Positions 26,957-41,589 of a stretch of 64,000 nucleotides of DNA are shown one piece after another (the stretch's first letter is position 1; every line of letters starts with the position of its first letter). Source of the DNA: Fimbriosthenelais zetlandica (Eukaryota); NCBI GenBank assembly GCA_977030845.1, contig OZ365110.1, positions 27,652,001 to 27,716,000 on the forward strand, in the 5' to 3' direction. The notes beneath the pieces were generated by a model. That model was given only the letters and a program-made list of their open reading frames with translations. It did no database searches and was not told the DNA's origin. A program made the translations under genes and the position numbers.

Positions 26957-27028
26957 GGGGTCCATTCTATAACAAAGATGCGCTATGTACATGAGACAAA
27001 ACGTTTATATTTTTCTGAAACAGGCTCC
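26957..27028. mobile_element. Degenerate ~70-bp PIF/Harbinger-like mini-MITE
   Basis: The right end TGAAACAGGCTCCAG is identical over 15 bp to the reverse complement of the left end of the 62662 element. The left end GGGGTCCATTCTATAA is a decayed counterpart. Confidence 0.35.
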
Positions 27029-30000
27029 AGTGCAACATGCTATATTTAAGGGTCGATATCATAGTGTTTTGAGACCGTATCTTTTTCCTTTTGCTTCCAT
27101 TACATGTACATTGATTCCATTCAACCTGCTTGCCTTTCCCATCCATAACGCCTTGAACAGACCAGAGCGTTTACATGATTGCGTTCATAGCACTTTTTTT
27201 TTTATAGTCGCACCCACCTTGGTCCGTCTCTTTGAGATAGAGCATGCCCCTAAATCAAGCAAGCGCAAAGCCTCGAGCTGCGATTACAAAATCTTATTCT
27301 GCCAATTTCCTTCCCTTCCGCTTCCTCTTCGATCTCCTAGACAAGCACTCTTTGGGCGTCACCCCCACCCAGACAGCTGACTTAGCTCGGGTCATTCAGT
27401 ATACCTGTTTCATTTATATGAACCACTGCAGGTGAAAATAGAAAGGTGGATGGTGGGAGAGAGGGATGGGTGACTGTACTGTAAGAGACTATAAGTTCAC
27501 TGTAACATGAACACGATGGGTCTCAAGGCATTTTAGTCCATACACATATGTATGTATATGTATTTCTCAAATCATCATATATACATGATCAGTGGCAAGT
27601 GTGGATCAACACCTCTGAGGTCCCAAAACGGTTCATTACATTTAAACACATTTAACCTCAAAATAAACCCCTTTTTTCTCACATAATCTGGGCATCAGGA
27701 AAAAGCTGAGATGGAAACATTTCATTCCATACGCCCATTGTTGTCTGTACGTGCTTGGATCCCCAAGATAGCCCTTTCTTCTGCTTTTATTAAGTGCCGC
27801 CTCACAAAATGATGCATTCAACGTGTGATATTCTTCTGAGGCCCCTCGACAGAATACACTTAACATATTCTATGCCCTCGTGATTGCACATATATGGACA
27901 TATCTGCATATATAAAGCATTCCCTCTGTAACTAGTTCAGACTCCTTATTGACATGCGAACAAGACCTATTTACATTTCACAAGGACGCTTCAGGCGTTA
28001 TGTATCGAGTGTGTAACTGGTATTAAACCCCACATCTTGAAGGGACTTGTTAAACATTCATTCTCACACTCCCAACACTCATCACATGGATCGATTTACT
28101 ATGTCTATGCACTCATCAACTTTACCACTCATCAATTTTACCATCACCAAGAAACTGAAAATCATACAAATCATCAACTGTTACTCATATATAGGTACCT
28201 ACTAAATAGGATGAATCGAATACAAATTTGAAATGGTTCCTCTGAAGTTATGTTTTGGGGTTAACAGTTTTAAGTTTTCAGTTAACAGCGTGCTGATTTC
28301 AATATTAGATATCTTGTAATTGGCAAAATATGGGGAGAGATAGAAATGGATGGAGATGAAATGTCACAAGTGCACAAAGTACACTAGTGTTATCTTATAA
28401 TGATATTATGAGGATTGGGCATGGGATAGAAGGTAATAGATCCCCCTGAATCGGATACCATCAACTTCTTAGTATACTTTGCCACCACTTTCTTCTGGTA
28501 TAGCATTATAAATCCCATATTTGACATGCAGAGGCCTTGGGCAATGCCCATAGCAGATCATCACATGTGCCTTCTAAGATACAAGACGAAAAACATCGGA
28601 TCTGCAAGTATACCTTTGAGGCCCGTACCTTCAAATCATTTACAAACATTTGTCATGACAATTAATTTGTGTTTTATTGGAATTTAGTTAATATGTGCAT
28701 ATTGTTTTAGTCAATGGCATTGAATTTAAGCTAGTATACTTTATTTTCGCTCTCCGATGTCCTTGGGTGTCCCCCAGGCCAAATCCTAACCCAATGTCCC
28801 TTAAGCCCCTCGTGTATTCGGTCCCAAATCCAAGACTATGTACCTTTGATATTACCACCAATTCTTAGGTTACAATCTCCATCTCTATCTGCCTGTGATA
28901 GGAGAGAGGTGCGTGGAGTGTGTAAGGTATGACAGGAACACCTTTAAGGGCACTTGAGCTGGGTCCTCCACCACATTGCCCTCCACTCGCCGGCCACTAT
29001 GTAAACACTCCACTCCGTGACAGCGCACTAGGGGTCGTTGCTATTCCACCCATTGAAAAGGTATAGAAGTGGAGGTTGGTGGCAAAAAGGGCCACAGGGG
29101 TGGTGTACAAGTACACCAGGGCTGTTTTTCTTGTCAGTCTTGTCTTTTTCAGCATGGCCAGGGTATTGTAGTTACCTTGGACTTCGATTATAAGCCAGGA
29201 AAGAGGATTGCAAGAAAGGTGAGAAAGAGAGGGTGACAGAGACAAGAGGGGCATTTTGGGCTCGAGCGACATAGTATAGACTACCATATTGAAAAGTGAA
29301 ACTTCAAATGTAATGAACGCATTGCAGAATTTTGAAAATTCTGCAAAATGCCTGAAAGTTACAATCCAACAATTCACCATGCAATGTGGAGTCAGGGCTT
29401 CTATATATGAAGCGAGACAAGAAATCCAGTTGATGTGCTGAACAACTCCCGGGGGCAGTGAAAATTTCAATAATAAATCAGCTAAGCCGAAAGACCTTTT
29501 CCCTCATTTCCAAGCACCTCATTCAAGTCTGAAAGACATCCACAGAACGACCTCATTCTTGTGAACAATCTACGCATCGAACGATGTTTGTGTATAATTT
29601 AGATCTACCAGTAGCAAATTGGAATGGTAAAATCGATAAGTCTGTCCCTGGATGGTTGTTGCGAACACAAGCAAGAGTAATTGTGTTGGTGTGGAGTGTG
29701 GACCAAGATGCAAAAAGTAGTCTGCTGAATGAAAGTACTGCTGTGTATCTATATGAAGGGATGGCAAATACTGTTACTAGTCCAGGAAAGTGCATGGTCA
29801 TAAAACAGTGCACCACATACAAAAATATATATATAGTGACCTTTAATGGTTTGGAATAAAGTGTTGACGAACTGATCTATGAACCCAAAGATCATGTCTT
29901 GGGTGCAGATGATTTCCTAAAATCACAAATGAAAAGTAAAATGTGCGGAAAGGATACAACATAAATAGATGGGAAGATGAGGGAGACGTACTGACAAGAA

Positions 30001-31004
30001 GGGTGACATATGTAGGAGTATTGTAGGCCTACAGCTTGTTTACCAATTGTTAATTCATTCCGCTGCCATCAGGCGAATATTTTGTACATATGAGTGATCA
30101 TGAAGATGAGATAGGACTTCTACAACAGACAGGAAAATGAGACAATGATATTATCCATGCTGTTGGGCAGTGATAGGCGCATAAGACCGGTTTCTGACGT
30201 GGGAAGGTGGCATTGCCAATTGCAGGGCCAATACGGTGGCCCTACTCATAATGGGCTGAGGCTAACTGGCCTGGCATTATAAAATATCTGACAAACATCA
30301 GGCATCTGACCACTTTGTTTCCATCTAGTGAGTAATATGTCTGGACCTGAGGCCGGCTGGACAATCTCCCACCAAAGGGACCGGTCTATGTTCCCTTCAA
30401 AAGCCCAGATCACGCCGCGTATACGAGACTCTTATGTGGGAATGCTTTACCTCATCTTGTCTTGGCACTTTTTGGTCCTTCTTCTGTTTTTACATTACTT
30501 TTAAGTCTTTCTTGTCATCGTTCATTGAAAAGAAAAACATCGCATTTGCATTTGAACATCCTTGATTATCTCCTTCGTTCGTTGCAGATAGCAACAGAAT
30601 CTGAAACCTCATATAGATATACATGCATATGCACAATCCAAACTACAAGGGAGTTCCTACTATAGTATTTCAATTAATTGCAAGCACCTTTAATATCTAA
30701 GAGTCCATCAAACAACACCCTTGCCACTGGGTGTAAAGTTTAAAAGCCAAAAATGAATCCCCGGTAAAGTAGATTGAAAAATTGATTCCCAAACATTCTC
30801 TCTCGGGGCTGTGTATCGATCAGTCTTGGCACCAAGCCAATACAAAGCTACGATTTACTCCTTAAAGATACTGGCCTCGTTTCCTGCCAGCATGGCCATG
30901 CTTTCGGTCAGCATTGGCTTTCCCAGGAAATCATTTCCTGATATCAAATAGATGACAAAATACCCGGAGCCATCTTCAGCGAGTCAATTTTCACCTCTCC
31001 AGTT

Positions 31005-31047
31005 CCTGGAGTGTGTAAAGGTAGCCTCCTGGAGTGTGTAAAGGTAG
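31005..31047 (+). repeat. 20-bp exact tandem duplication
   Basis: CCTGGAGTGTGTAAAGGTAG at 31005-31024 and 31028-31047. Confidence 0.9.
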
Positions 31048-34000
31048 ACTCCCCAGCCCCTGGCGCTACTTGACCTTTTGCCCCGCAAGTCATTATCAGG
31101 TACCCACTTTAAACAAGCAAATATGTACAGAATATTCACAATTTTCTATTAGTGGCATGGAATGAAACTTTTTCTATTCCATATGGCAACTCATGTGGCT
31201 ACAAAATTGAGGGTCACCATGCCCATGAAGAAGTAGTAGTTTTTGATTTCACCATGATTCAAGCATGAACTTTACCTGCCAGGGTGCACTCACGTTCATG
31301 GTTTCCTTTCTACATGGACATTTTCTATTTACAGTGCAAGGAACACTGTGTTTGCACCAAACTGAAACTTTTATTCCATACATATATCTTCCTTACAGTC
31401 TGTATCAGATCTTAAACTGACAATATCCTTTCAGACATAAATCCTGATAATTGCCTCTGATGAGTTGAGGTCTTGAATGTTATATGTACTTTGTCACTTT
31501 ACATAGAGAAGCAGAAAAATGTAGGCCAGTGGGGGCGGGGTGAATGACTTTCTAGGTTAAAATGGTCGTGTGACAATAGCTATGTCCCGAGACACAATAC
31601 CATCCGTCCCTGGTTCTTATAGTAGTTACCCTATAGGAGAGCCTTCCAGACGTCCAAATATACCATTAAAGGGCTGGCTACATGGGGACCCATATAGATA
31701 TTTCCCAGGAGACATGTATGCACTGTTTGTCTCAAGATCTCATTCAGAGAACATTTATGCGGAATCCGAGTAACAAGTAGTGTTTAAATCTTCAATAGTA
31801 AAATTTACCACTGACTGGCTGTTACGGTTTTAGTCATTATTCGCGTACGATCGATGTATCCTCATTGGATGCAAAATGAAAATTATTTATATAAATACAT
31901 CAAGACAACCCAGGATGAAACTCCTACGGTTCTGTGCCTCAGTAATATCATATCCTTCAATTAACATGGACTTCTGCTATGAAAATATTTATTCCTATTT
32001 TCATGACTCACTCATGTGCTCAGTGGATCTTCACTCCAAGTTTGTCATGAGAACAAATCAACCACAAACTTTCCTCTAATTCTATCAGCCCCATAATACA
32101 TTCATGCTACATTTATCAATATCACTTATCAAACAAGGTTCATTTGTTAATGTTATGTACCCCCTTCCTTCGTATAACTATGAGGATATAGGGTAGGGAG
32201 GGGTAGATTCTCACGTCCTCTATATATAGCTGTGGAATATTACTTGTGGGAGTCATATCTGAGTATATGGAGTACAATAGAATGTCTGCATCTTTGTACC
32301 CTTACCGCGGGTCAGGAGCTAAATAACTAGCGTGGCCGATGAACGATTTGTCATTGGCCGCCAACTCGAAAAGAGACATTATCTAATCAAACTAACAATT
32401 GGGATCCGTAATAAGGTAGTTGGTGAAGCGGGAAACACTGGTCGTGGGACGTTTAGTGATCTGTCAAACTGATAGCCTTGATTCACTGTGGGATGATCTT
32501 CCTATTCATGGGAGGTGAAACAGAAGGGAAACAGGGTGTAGGGGAATCGCATTATAATATCTCTGTATGTCTTTTACAAAGGACAGCAAATGGACAACAA
32601 ACTTTTAACAACGTTCCCCTATAAGTAGCAATGCAAAATTGAGAGGGAGCTCCATGGGATTTGAGCCAGGATTCATGGCTTGAGACCACTCAGCAAAATT
32701 TGACCAGATACAATTCAAGAATCATTGCGAATCATTATTGCAATAAGAATTGTCACAGTAGATATTGGACTTTAGCGGAGTCGTGGCCATGGAGCTTGGA
32801 TGGGTGAAGCTGGATCCTGCTCCCATTCGACTTGGGCTGTCTTTTTGGCAGCCGCCACTATACTCTTCCTCTTTTGTGCATCCAAGTGTGTTGAACTGTT
32901 CATTTTAAGCGAGTGGTACATTATTGCAAACCCGAGAAGGGAATGCATGAAAGTTATATGTAGCCTGTTCTTAATCATTCAGGATTTGAACTTAATATCT
33001 TTCCTGTATATTTCCGGACGATTGGTATAAAACTGTTGTATGAACTGTTTTGGTGACCCGTTTCCAATGAAAGATTGGCTACCTATAATACCGGAGTAAA
33101 TTTCTTACGGGACAGGCCCCATGCAGATAGCTAATACAATGGTCATCAATGGTTGCTCACAACAACATATACCCCCATTCAATTAGCACTGCACTGGTCT
33201 GGCCAAGACGAATGTCATGAGGACATGTTATCTAATATAATGTCTATGTTCACTTGGCTGATATGGATTTTGATGGCCTCCCTTAAGCCCAAACTGCAGT
33301 CAGTGGTATGTATCTCCCTTCAGATATATACAGACGTTCAGACGTATTGACGTCTGATAAAGTGTATCTAGACCCCCACTAGCTCCCTCTGACGGCCTGC
33401 CCGTACCTCACCGTGCCATCCAGCTACCAACATTGCCAGAATTTTACCAGTATATTTTTTTCCCTTCCTTTCCTTCTTCCCTACAATTTTCGTAGTGGCA
33501 ACTATTTCTATAAACACCCCGACCACAAGGACTAATTGTTTTTGTCATTGGCAACACAAGTGGGGAGCCTATTCCCCAATTATGACAATTCTAGAATTCC
33601 ATGGCAACCATAGACGCCACCACACAACTGCGCCAAGGCACGCCCCTTCAGTTCAAGGTCCTGCCAGAAAACATTTACTATTTTCTACCACCAATTCCTC
33701 ACCATTCACCAAAACGCATCGATCATTCTAAAATAATGAATCGAACTTTAAATCGTAGATTTATCCCTACTTCCTCACGAAATCTCCACAGGCATGTAAG
33801 CGTGGCATTGAAATACATTTGGCATATAAAAAACAAATTGCGGGAATGGTTGATACCATTCCACGTGCTGGGTATTTTATAGGTGGGAGGAAAAAGAGGT
33901 ACTACTATAAGTGCTACTAAGCACATCATCTCAGTTTATCTTGTACATTGGCACAATCTGACCTCTCCCTGTCCCCACTGTTAGAGTGGGAGGCGTCTGG

Positions 34001-35000
34001 GAGATGGTCGACCCGAATTCTTTTCCACACATTGAAATAAAGTGTGTAGAGAACGAGAGGGGGTGGGGGACTATGCAGCCTCTGTGCCATTGGGGGCACA
34101 TTATTCCAAACAATTGATTCTTGTCTTGGAGATCAGCTTGTCATGCTAAGCCATGTCATGCTGGTCTGGATCCAGAAATTGGAAGCCAGCTCTGAGCCTG
34201 TTCCATAACGAAGGTACGCTACATTAGCCAACGTTACGTACGTCCAACGCTAATGTACCGTAGAGATATTTATTATGAAACAGCCGCCTGCGGATTTTGG
34301 TTTAGCCACCCCTTCATTAGGAAGAATGTACCCCACCCACGCCTGAACGTTTCCAGTGCTGGCCCAGAAATGAAAATCCTTTGACACAATGAGACATGGA
34401 AAAGACAGTGAAAATGGTCGCTCCTGTCTCATATCAGGATTGCATATATATAAATTATAGCATAACAAAGTAATGTGTTAGCAAGGATTATTGTGGCAAC
34501 AAAGGGTGGGACTGCATGTATATTATATGCTTGTGACTAAGAAGTGTGGCAGTAACGGTGGTAACATGGAGGATAGCAGACCCGGCCATTTACACATCAT
34601 TAAAATGAAATCAGAGGAAATCAAGGAAAGCCTCATCCAGTCCTGGCTTTTGTTACTCCGCTAAAGTATGCAAATTGCATTTCCTTCACCAATTCACAAC
34701 TAATCTTGCGTCCAGCTTATAAATGACCTACCGACTTTTTATATATTGATCCAGGAAATGAAATACTGGGGAATGCCTCAGAAAAAACATCTGCCGCATT
34801 AATCCATAGACGTTGGCTAATTGATACTCTATCTTTGTTATGAAACAGCCCCTTGGGGCACAGGATTTAAACAGGATTTAAACATCTGAACGAGACTTCC
34901 ACTCTGAAATTACATCGCACTCCATTTTAAATACTTTCTCAAATTCCAAGGCCTATTTACTTTGGCTAAAACTCTGAGATAACAATGTATGGTCACTTAC

Positions 35001-35021
35001 CTCGGCTGCGCACGCAGGCGT
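35001..35021 (-). other. Candidate 21-nt microexon of an unidentified minus-strand gene
   Basis: Minus strand reads tctcatttctttgttttcag|ACGCCTGCGTGCGCAGCCGAG|gtaagt: strong polypyrimidine acceptor, consensus donor, length divisible by 3, open in all three phases, and GC-rich relative to its flanks. Confidence 0.5.
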
Positions 35022-38000
35022 CTGAAAACAAAGAAATGAGAACAATTAATCCCCTCATCAAACAGGAATTAGAGAATGTGAAATCTAATTAAGATGACGG
35101 GTATAACGGCCTTTCCCTGGAGGGCATGGGCTGGAGGGGGAGGGGACCCCAGCGGCGGCCCGTATTAGGTTGATTTAAGGGTATTGTATTGGGACAATGG
35201 AGGTTGTAATGGGCCATTCTGTCTGGCCGGAGTCCGGGGTTCTTGTTTGAGATACTCGGGTATGGAGACATTGTAAACTCTATTAACGCCAGCTTATTTG
35301 CAGGATAAACCAATTTGAGTATGTTAACGTAATCGAGACAACGTTAAACTGTGTTTAGACTGTTTGTTGTAAGTAACTATACAAAAGTGTGTTTATTAAA
35401 TCAATGCAATATTTGGAATTTAGATTAGGACTAAATTGATCTAAGTGAAGGAGCATATTATGTGAAGGAGCATATACCGTGCATTTCCCCATTAATCTCC
35501 TAGAATTGATTGGAACTTTTGAAACAAAAGCCATTCCCAAAAGCTTCCAATAAAGCTGCTTTGGGTATTGGAATGATAAATGAGTCTACGTGGGGGCATG
35601 CCGATGCCATGACTATTTAATGGTGTCTCCCAGTTAGTTGTAAAAAAAGTCTATTCTATAGGCAGGACAAGCAAAAAACTGTCATTTGCATAAATACAGT
35701 CATTAGAAGTGGTTCTGTAATAAATCAGAGAGAACTACTTAGAGACGTGAAGTGTGACTTGTTCTCTGAACAGTCAATTGATTTCTGATTCAGCATAACA
35801 ATGGAGGCCAGACAGAGACTTGTCCCTCTTACATCCGGGATGACCTGAAAGTAATTGATGAGGTGAGTCCGTGGCTGGACCATAATTAAGACCTGTCTCG
35901 ACCTCCTGCCATGGCTTTCTCAGGGCTGACGGTGGGAAAGGGTTTGTGAGGCTCAGCTTCTGGCAAAGCATCCAACTTTCTGGATTGATGGCTTTTCGCG
36001 TTAAACTGGCCAAACTTATCAAGATGGAGAGGCAGAAAATCAATTTTGGGTTATAAATTACATTAAAATAACAAGATGCAAGTATAAATAGTATCAGTGG
36101 ACACCATAACCAAGGTGACGGATGACAACCATCTGTGGGAATGCCCCTCCCAACAGTCTTAGCTTTAACCAGAAGATGCCCTCTTGTCGAGTCTGGCTAG
36201 ACATTCAAGGTAAGGGCATTGTCCCTTAGGCCTTTGTGATTCAGAAGGACCCCCTGCTTTCAGGTCAACTCCCAATCCAATCAAGGTATAAAAGATTGAA
36301 CCCCTTCAAATACCACTGGCTTTATCATTACACTATTGGATCAGTTCTCGGTTTAATTCAAGATAAAGGCGGCTTTTGAAAAGGAAGGAGGGAGAGTTCA
36401 TACCCTAAGGGATGATAACCTCATATTTTTCAAACCCTCTCCGGCACTTCATATGAGCTACCTGTGCCATTGAACCGCAACAATAGGCCCGACCATCTGT
36501 AAAGTTTTGACAATCTAACTTAGACTCGGTCTGCAGTGCTTTATGTGGGCTTTGAAGCCTTTTGATATAGTTGTGGGACCGACAACTTCCATCCGGAAAC
36601 CCGTGCAAACAGTGTTTTGGCTATAATAGTTTTTGCGACTAATATGGCCCCATGGAAGGGAAAGTTCTATATTTAGTGGCGTGGGGGGACTTTGTAAATG
36701 TAATATCACTGCGCCCAAATCCCACTTCCAAGTGAAACAAGCTCGAGTTTACAGCTGATCCCTATACATTAAACATCATACATATGTTCTCTTATTTTTC
36801 ACAGATGAGTTGCGTACTGGGAAAGCCCCCGTGCAGTGATGTGTGTTCCATGATTAAATTGATTGCCATTTAAAATATATATCATCATGGCACTTTGGAT
36901 AGGTTGCCAGCTGATGGGGATATAGCATGATACAAGATAATATTTTTGAAGAATTAAGTCAATTTGTGGAAAATGTGTCACATTATACTGCATTCATCGT
37001 TATCATGGATAATATTTGGGTCCATGCAATAACGGAGGTTACGGGATAAGTGCTTTAGTATCACTCAATAGACCTATATCTTTTCCTTTCGGTATGTGTA
37101 ATAAGTCCGTGAATTCTATTTACAGTTTGGACACAAATCAGGAGCACGTGGATGCGTGTGCACTACATGACTTAACCCGAGCACACTTGATCCATATAAT
37201 ATGCTCCGTACACACGCCAACAGGATACATGTCCATGTGTGAGCGTGTATAGTTTTGACAGTGGCGTGCATACTTCAAGTGTTATAGTGTCATGACTGAT
37301 GATGCATAATTGATGTCATATCAACACCAGCACTAATCATTCTAACCTCTCCTGGCCTTTGATGGGCCGACATGGATGACCCCGGTCTTATATGCATAGG
37401 CTGATACTATAATGTATAACTGCACCAGGAAATTTAAAGTTAGGCAATACAAGGAGCTTAAAAGTTTATACACAAATCATGTTTATATATTCTCGGTTTT
37501 GACTATATATTTGATATTATTGTTACAAAGTATCTTGGATGTGTATTCTTATATAATAATATTATAGACATAGTTCTAGTCTTTATATAAATTAAGGGAG
37601 AAATTATTTCTTCAAATGGGTTTCATTCATTTTCATTAATAGAAATTCATGGATTTTCCACGTACCTGTTCCCAGAAGGAAGACCACTATGGCGACTAGT
37701 AGATACATGTGGACGAACGAGGAGCGTAATACGTCCAGAATTCTGCCGTGTCTCAACCATGCGATCCAACCCACCCAAAGGCGACAGTATATACACACAT
37801 AATATCACCTAAATCCAAATAATAAATGATCCAGCACTGGGAGGCCCTTAATCCTGCCTGAAAGGGCCTTATCTTATCACAAAGCTCCTAGAGACACTTC
37901 CTACTTTTATTTGCAATTTACTTATTTCTCTTTTCAAATTTATGCACTTTTTTAACTTCCAATTTATGTCAAGGTTCTTCCAATTTTTAGTGGCAATATT

Positions 38001-39128
38001 AGTGTAACTCCGTTTGTTGAGGGTAATTGTTTGCAATGGGTTAATTCCCTTTGCCAGTGAGAATCATGTAGTTGAATGGAGGGTATCCTCGGTTTTTTAA
38101 TTGGGATGTGGGGTCGTTGATTGGGCCATGCCATAGTCCCCTAGACAACTAGCCGGGACGGGGGCCGTCCAGGTCCCAATAAAAGGTCCTCGTCATCCAC
38201 GTACTCCTCCCTCTCTCTCGTCCTATACCCCTCGACCCCCAGCAGCACACCAATTCCCAATGCATCAGCTGAAGTATATAACTCCTCCTATGGCCCAATA
38301 ATAATACTCTTGTTCCCGGACCACTTCTCCATCTAGCAGTTTATTATATCCTTGCAACTTTTTCCCACTGCACTCGCAGCACTTGCCACAGAGTTGTGTA
38401 CAGAGCCACTGACTGGAGGAGTGGACTCCAAAAGCCACCCACATGAGCTGCTGTGGTGGCGGCAAATGGCGGTGGCCTATGGTGGTTGTTGCGATAGTGG
38501 CGCCCCATTCGTACCTCTCCATCTTCCCTACTCGCTCTCCTTGATGCTGCGTTCTCGTTGTTCCATTGAAATGAAGCCCTGTGTTCGTTTCTGTATGGTG
38601 TTACCCCGAATTAGGATATATCTGAAATATAAATATCATAAATCTGTAATAAGTTCAGATTTTTACTACAGGACCCCAAAAAGTGTAAAATTATTAGGGA
38701 AGAAATTATTACATAATAGCGAGATGACCAAAGCCAACAGCTTTTTAATAAAGTTTGGGAGACCTAGAGTTTCGAACCTAATATACAGAACTTGACAAGC
38801 AAACTATTTTAGCCGTAGATTTAAATATCTAGAAATGATTTTGGGTCGTTTTATCCAAGAAAAACTTCCAACAGGGCTTGGAACAGCCGTTTTCGCGCTT
38901 TCAATGGAACACAAAATTCTTTAAAATTCGAGCAATGTAACATTGTACGGAATTTCTGCATTAATTCTTATGGCAGAGCTCAATATATTGGCCACATTTG
39001 GTGTTTGTCAAGCATTTGTTTCAATAAAATAAGCTAACCCTGCTCCCTGCATGTTCCTCGGGGTGCCCGCCTCACTGATGGAGGCGACAGGGTCGTCCCC
39101 TGGGGAACGGTCGACCAGACAGACAGAG

Positions 39129-39142
39129 GCGCCACCTAGTCG
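39129..39142 (-). promoter_or_regulatory. CTCF-like motif in a CpG-rich patch
   Basis: Minus strand reads CGACTAGGTGGCGC. Confidence 0.4.
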
Positions 39143-41212
39143 CAGCCTGGTGAGGTCTTGAGTAAGTTCGATAGTATTGATCGCACATATCTCATTGGAC
39201 GGAAGTGGTATAAGACGTCCCGCTGTCGCCTACAGTCGCCATTTTTATCAGAGACATGGGAACATAAATACATGGGATCTGGTTAGTCTAAAGGATCGCC
39301 CTATCCCGGCAGACGCCCGTCTGACCATGCTTATTTCTGCTATGGCACAAAGGGAAGTTTCCATTTTTTATGGCGAAACAATAAATTGATTGCATATAAT
39401 AAGAACAGAGTTGCTCCTTTTCAATTTCATCACTATAAATCATTATGCAACAAACTAGAGCAAGAATTAGGCCCATTTCATATTTAAGTGAAGAACTTTC
39501 AATGGATTTCAGCATATTGAATGAACATTATACAGTGTATAAGAAAGACATCATGGCTTGGACATATTATCTTACTATATAGCCTAGGCCTATGTTTCAT
39601 AATATCAACTTTTATTCAGTTAATATCAAATTTTGTTCCTTCTAATTTAAGTCTTAATTACAATAATCATTAATGGAAAAGAATTTTGTTCTTATAAATA
39701 TCTTGAGTTGTAAAGCCTATAGCAACAAATAGCTATAGTTAAGTATTCAATTAAGGGTATAAAACCATCGTAGCATATCTTAGCAATACTATATTAATAT
39801 AATATATTATTAATTTATCTATAGAAGTTGTGTTTATTTTGTGTAATCTCCTATATCAAGCAGGCCATCACTGAAGACATTACACAGAATGCCCTATTTT
39901 CATGGAAAAGTTACATTACATTTCGGGATCCCTGGATCTCCTATCGCTGTATTCATTGAGACATCCAGGGTCGCAAAAGGGGAAAAATATAAAATATATA
40001 TATATTGCCCAAACACAGCCCAGACAGTTGGGGTGGTCGATAACCTCCCATTTCCATATACTACTAAGAGGCTAAACGTCCCTCCAGCGCCGGTCCGCCA
40101 CAGGCCTGGCCATTAGATGATGTACAGGCGATAGAGACGTTCTCATGGGAACCAATCATATCTTCTGAGGAGGTGAGGGCCATATATCATTCAGACTGAA
40201 GAGATGGTACACATTCCCCACCACAGACCAGGTCATCATATACAAAGTAAGCTTCCATAGGAAGCCGTTATATAGTCTGTAACATTTGCAATTTCTGGAT
40301 AAAGGAGCCCAGTAGCTTCGGGAGGGAGACTATATGTAAGTGAAAGCTGCAGCATCTAAGGGTTAGGCTTTCTGCAATATAGGCTATTAAGCCTACCGTA
40401 CTACTATAAGTGTAGGCCTATCTACCACCCTTGACAATCTCCCGCTATTGTTCCAATTATGGCTCCTTTTATTGAAGCGGTCCCCCTAATTCAGAGATGA
40501 AATTTTTGTCGCTCAAATTATTTATTATTTTAGATGTGACACCATCTCATGTTCCCTGATGAAATTGCAAGTAGGCCTACTGGCCCTATAGGCTATAGGA
40601 GGGATCTGGCAACACGTAATCATATTTCCCATCTTCCCAAGCCATTGCCTATAGGCCTACCGGACTGGTTATAGGCCTACGACTATCAACCTACAATTGG
40701 CATAGCAGCTAGGATTCATCCCTATAGAAGACTAGGGCCTACTGTCTATTTTCTTATGTTTTCCATTACCAAAATTATGTTTGTAACGTCTTTCTCCATA
40801 CCATCGGCATAAGTCTCACACACTATATTAGTCTATATGCCGTACCGGTATATTATATTCCAGGAAAAGTTTGTTTTCCACATTCCCTCTAGACTCTACT
40901 CACATAAGCTTCACATTTGTAGTCTAGCCTGTACGGTACTAAACTAGGCCTATACTAGATCTATACGGTACCGTACCGTACCTACTAGTACTGTGGCCAG
41001 GCCTATTAACCCTAGTGTGGGTTTATGCAAATTTGGTTTAGGTATATATCTGTCTGTCTATCTATAAGCTCCAGAACCAGGAAAATATTATTTATGCTAC
41101 GTTAGGCCTACGGCCTATACTAGGTTATAATGATAACACATGAATGTCATGACTATTGTCAGTATTGTCTATTGATTCCGGTGTAAAGATTTCATATTTC
41201 CCCCGGGAAGTT

Positions 41213-41423
41213 GAAAACGTTTCAAATTCCACCGGCAGGAATCTGAAAACGTTTTTAAGTTCCCTCCTACAGGAATATGAAAACGTTTTCAAATTCACTC
41301 CCCAGGAATCTGAAAAGGTTTTCAAATTCCTGATGTGGAGTAAAAGCGGGGAGGGAATCTGAAAACGTTTTCAAGTTCACTCCGCAGGAATCTGAAAACG
41401 TTTTCAAGTTCCCTCTCCAGGAA
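41213..41423 (+). repeat. ~33-bp minisatellite with palindromic core TGAAAACGTTTTCA
   Basis: About 6 degenerate units of GAAAACGTTTTCAARTTCMCTCCNCAGGAATCT, interrupted once near 41331-41354. An inverted partial copy lies at about 41460-41480. Confidence 0.9.
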
Positions 41424-41486
41424 ACCTAGCCAGTAGAAACCAGGTAGACAGTAAAACTTGTTCAGATTCCTGGGGGGAACATGAAT

Positions 41487-41511
41487 GGGGGGGGGGGGGG
41501 GGGGGGGGGGG
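41487..41511 (+). repeat. G25 homopolymer
   Basis: 25 consecutive G. Confidence 0.95.
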
Positions 41512-41589
41512 ACTTGAAATCGATACACCTGTAGGCTGAACGAACGTACCGGTAGGCCCTATAATTATACTCATTTATAGCCTATAGAA

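Noticed and set aside
30451-30600. 150-bp exon-like segment on the minus strand with good splice sites
   Set aside because: Stop codons in all three frames; at most a non-coding exon.
41213-41423. CRISPR-like array (palindromic ~33-bp repeats)
   Set aside because: Units are contiguous with no unique spacers, there are no cas genes, and the context is eukaryotic; it is a minisatellite.
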